DNA of 64,000 nt. It comes from Eledone cirrhosa (lineage: Eukaryota). Both the position numbers and the translations under genes were made by a program. Location: positions 14,198,001-14,262,000 of the forward strand of contig OZ024759.1 in the NCBI GenBank assembly GCA_964016885.1, given 5' to 3'. The notes below the pieces were generated by a model that was given only the letters and a program-made list of their open reading frames with translations, did no database searches and was not told the DNA's origin. Every line of letters starts with the position of its first letter. Within the stretch, counting starts at the first letter, position 1. Below are positions 61,860 through 64,000 of this stretch, in pieces.

Positions 61860-61901
<42 letters not shown>

Positions 61902-61903
<2 letters not shown>

Positions 61904-62084
61904 CGAAGGAAATGTGGTAAGGAACCAGGTGGACCATAACGCACCAAAGTACTCAATACTTAGGGTAGTAGAGTGGGTAATAGGAACCAGTAAGACCCCG
62001 ACGGCTGAGCTCAAGCCGTTTCGACGGCTAATTCTGGACTCGAAACGGCTTGTGCTCAGCCGTCGGGGTCTTACTGGTTCCTAT
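61902..62084 (-). mobile_element. Fold-back element family B, second copy
   Basis: 44-bp inverted repeat (61980-62023 and 62041-62084) with one mismatch. Contains GAAA-CGGCT-loop-AGCCG-TC-GGGGTC. Confidence 0.7.
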
Positions 62085-62100
62085 ATATATATATATATAT

Positions 62101-62154
<54 letters not shown>

Positions 62155-62353
62155 TTATATATATAATTACGGTAAACATTGATGCAATTCATTCAAGCAC
62201 TCAACATATTTTTTCCACACAAGAAAAACAGATTATATTTAGAATAGGAAAATGCTGTGATACATATTTCAATGATGTGATACATATTTCAATAAAGGAA
62301 TTTAACATCTGAAACTACTTTGCATTTTTCTATTCTATATATATATATTTTCC

Positions 62354-62446
<93 letters not shown>

Positions 62447-62614
62447 TGTTCGGTAAACCCATACGTACATATATATATATATGTGTGCATGTATGTATAT
62501 ATATACATACTACTGTATGTCTGTATACATATATGTATGTACGTATACATACATACTTACATTTAAGTACCAGCTGTACTAAGAGTGAGAAATGAAATTT
62601 CGTTTCATTCTTTT

Positions 62615-62665
<51 letters not shown>

Positions 62666-62984
62666 TAGATAGATATGTTAGATAGATAAATATGTAGATG
62701 GACAGATAGATAGATAGATATGTAGATGGATAGATAGATAGATAGATATGTAGATGGATGGATGGATATCATCATCATCATTTTACGTCCGCTTTTCCCT
62801 GCTTGCAAGGGTGGAACGGATAGATAGATAAATAGATACATAGACAGATAGATATGTAACTAGATAGGTAGATAGATAGATAGATAGATAAATTGATAGA
62901 TAAATTGAGAAATAGACTGATACATAAATGAATGGATGGACAGATGGATGGATAGACATATGGACAAATAGATAGATAGATATG

Positions 62985-63630
62985 TTTCTTTATTTGCCAC
63001 AGGGGCATACAAAAATGGGACATTACAAGACGTGACGGCGGGGTTTTTTACATAAAAATCATATAACTTTAACATTAATAAATAACAATAAACTATATAT
63101 AATAAAATAACAATTGAAATCCCCAATAAGGGGGGAACGTTATTGCAGGGTTGTTTTACACCCCGTGGATAGAACAACCCTCAACACCAGGAACACGTTT
63201 TGTAGGGGTTCCCATCTTCCCTCTGTTTATCATCCTCAACCTACAGGTTTATATACAGAGAAGGCCCATTCACTCGGGCCATTTTCGCCACATTCACCCA
63301 CCTTTCAGCAAATTTACTGGGGTGTAGCACCTCTCTCTCCACTCTCACCTTCCTTCTGAAGTGATACTTAAAGAAGGGGATAAATTGTTGTCCGGAGAGA
63401 AAGGTGCTTGCCCTCAGTCCTTTTAACCTCGTCCACCATATTACCTCTTTCGCCATAGCCTCCAGACAGAGGAAAACTGCCTCTCCTTCATTCTTAAATG
63501 AAGGCGGTGGGGTGATCCTCACGATGGACTCGGCTGACAACTGGAATTGTGGATTTGTTGCCACTTTTCGCCTCTGCCACTCGGATCCAGCTAACAGCTT
63601 TGGGTCCCTTGTTTCTTAGAGCACGTGTTC
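62985..63630 (-). mobile_element. Tx1/L1-clade LINE 3' end inserted in a (GATA)n microsatellite
   Basis: AVFLCLEAMAKEVIWWTRLKG..FRRKVRVERE..FAERW C-terminus; the 3' UTR ends in AATAAAG; (TAGA)n lies on both sides. Confidence 0.75.
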
Positions 63631-64000
63631 TAGCTAGATAGATAGCTAGATAGATATTGGTTTAACCCTTTAGCATTTAAACCGGCTATATCCGGCCAGA
63701 ATTCTTTCACCTCTTTCTATTCAAACCGGCTGTAACTGGCTGCTCGTACTGGTGTTAAGGTATTCTCAAAATAAATAACATCAAAATCTCATAGATTCCA
63801 TATTATGTAAAGGAACCACTCCCATCTACATTGTCTATATTGTCCAAAAACTTTGATCAACTGATCTTATTGAAGTTATCCTCTTGCATGTTGTTTTTAA
63901 ATTATAGAATATTGATTAAGGGAGTTTTTCTCTACTAATTGCTAATAATCAGTTTTTCAACTAATAATCAAAGTTTTTCAACTGTAACACAGGATGGATT

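Overview
This is AT-rich, repeat-dense eukaryotic DNA. The (TA)n/(GAT)n microsatellites, SINE types and RTE-LINE tails suggest a coleoid cephalopod, probably Octopus (inference). I assembled three spliced genes by hand with GT-AG introns and consistent phases. (1) A TRMT2B-like m5U methyltransferase on the minus strand, 14 exons, about 504 aa; its first exon is tentative. (2) MEAF6/Eaf6 on the plus strand, 7 exons, 212 aa, head-to-head with gene 1. (3) A membrane-anchored SPFH/band-7 protein on the minus strand, 7 coding exons, 306 aa, convergent with MEAF6. The first 10 kb is a tandem duplication with a period of about 5.2 kb, built from scrambled RTE-LINE pieces. The rest holds relics of RTE, CRE-like and Tx1-like LINEs, a Helitron 3' end, a mariner, piggyBac-type MITEs, tRNA-SINEs and four large minisatellites. 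Most long ORFs in the supplied track are repeat artefacts. The most striking unexplained structure is a set of short fold-back elements sitting in (TA)n tracts. They carry type I hammerhead ribozyme motifs (one near-complete at 61585-61652), invert inside or beside the ribozyme, and occur as the same A+B pair at two loci 48 kb apart.
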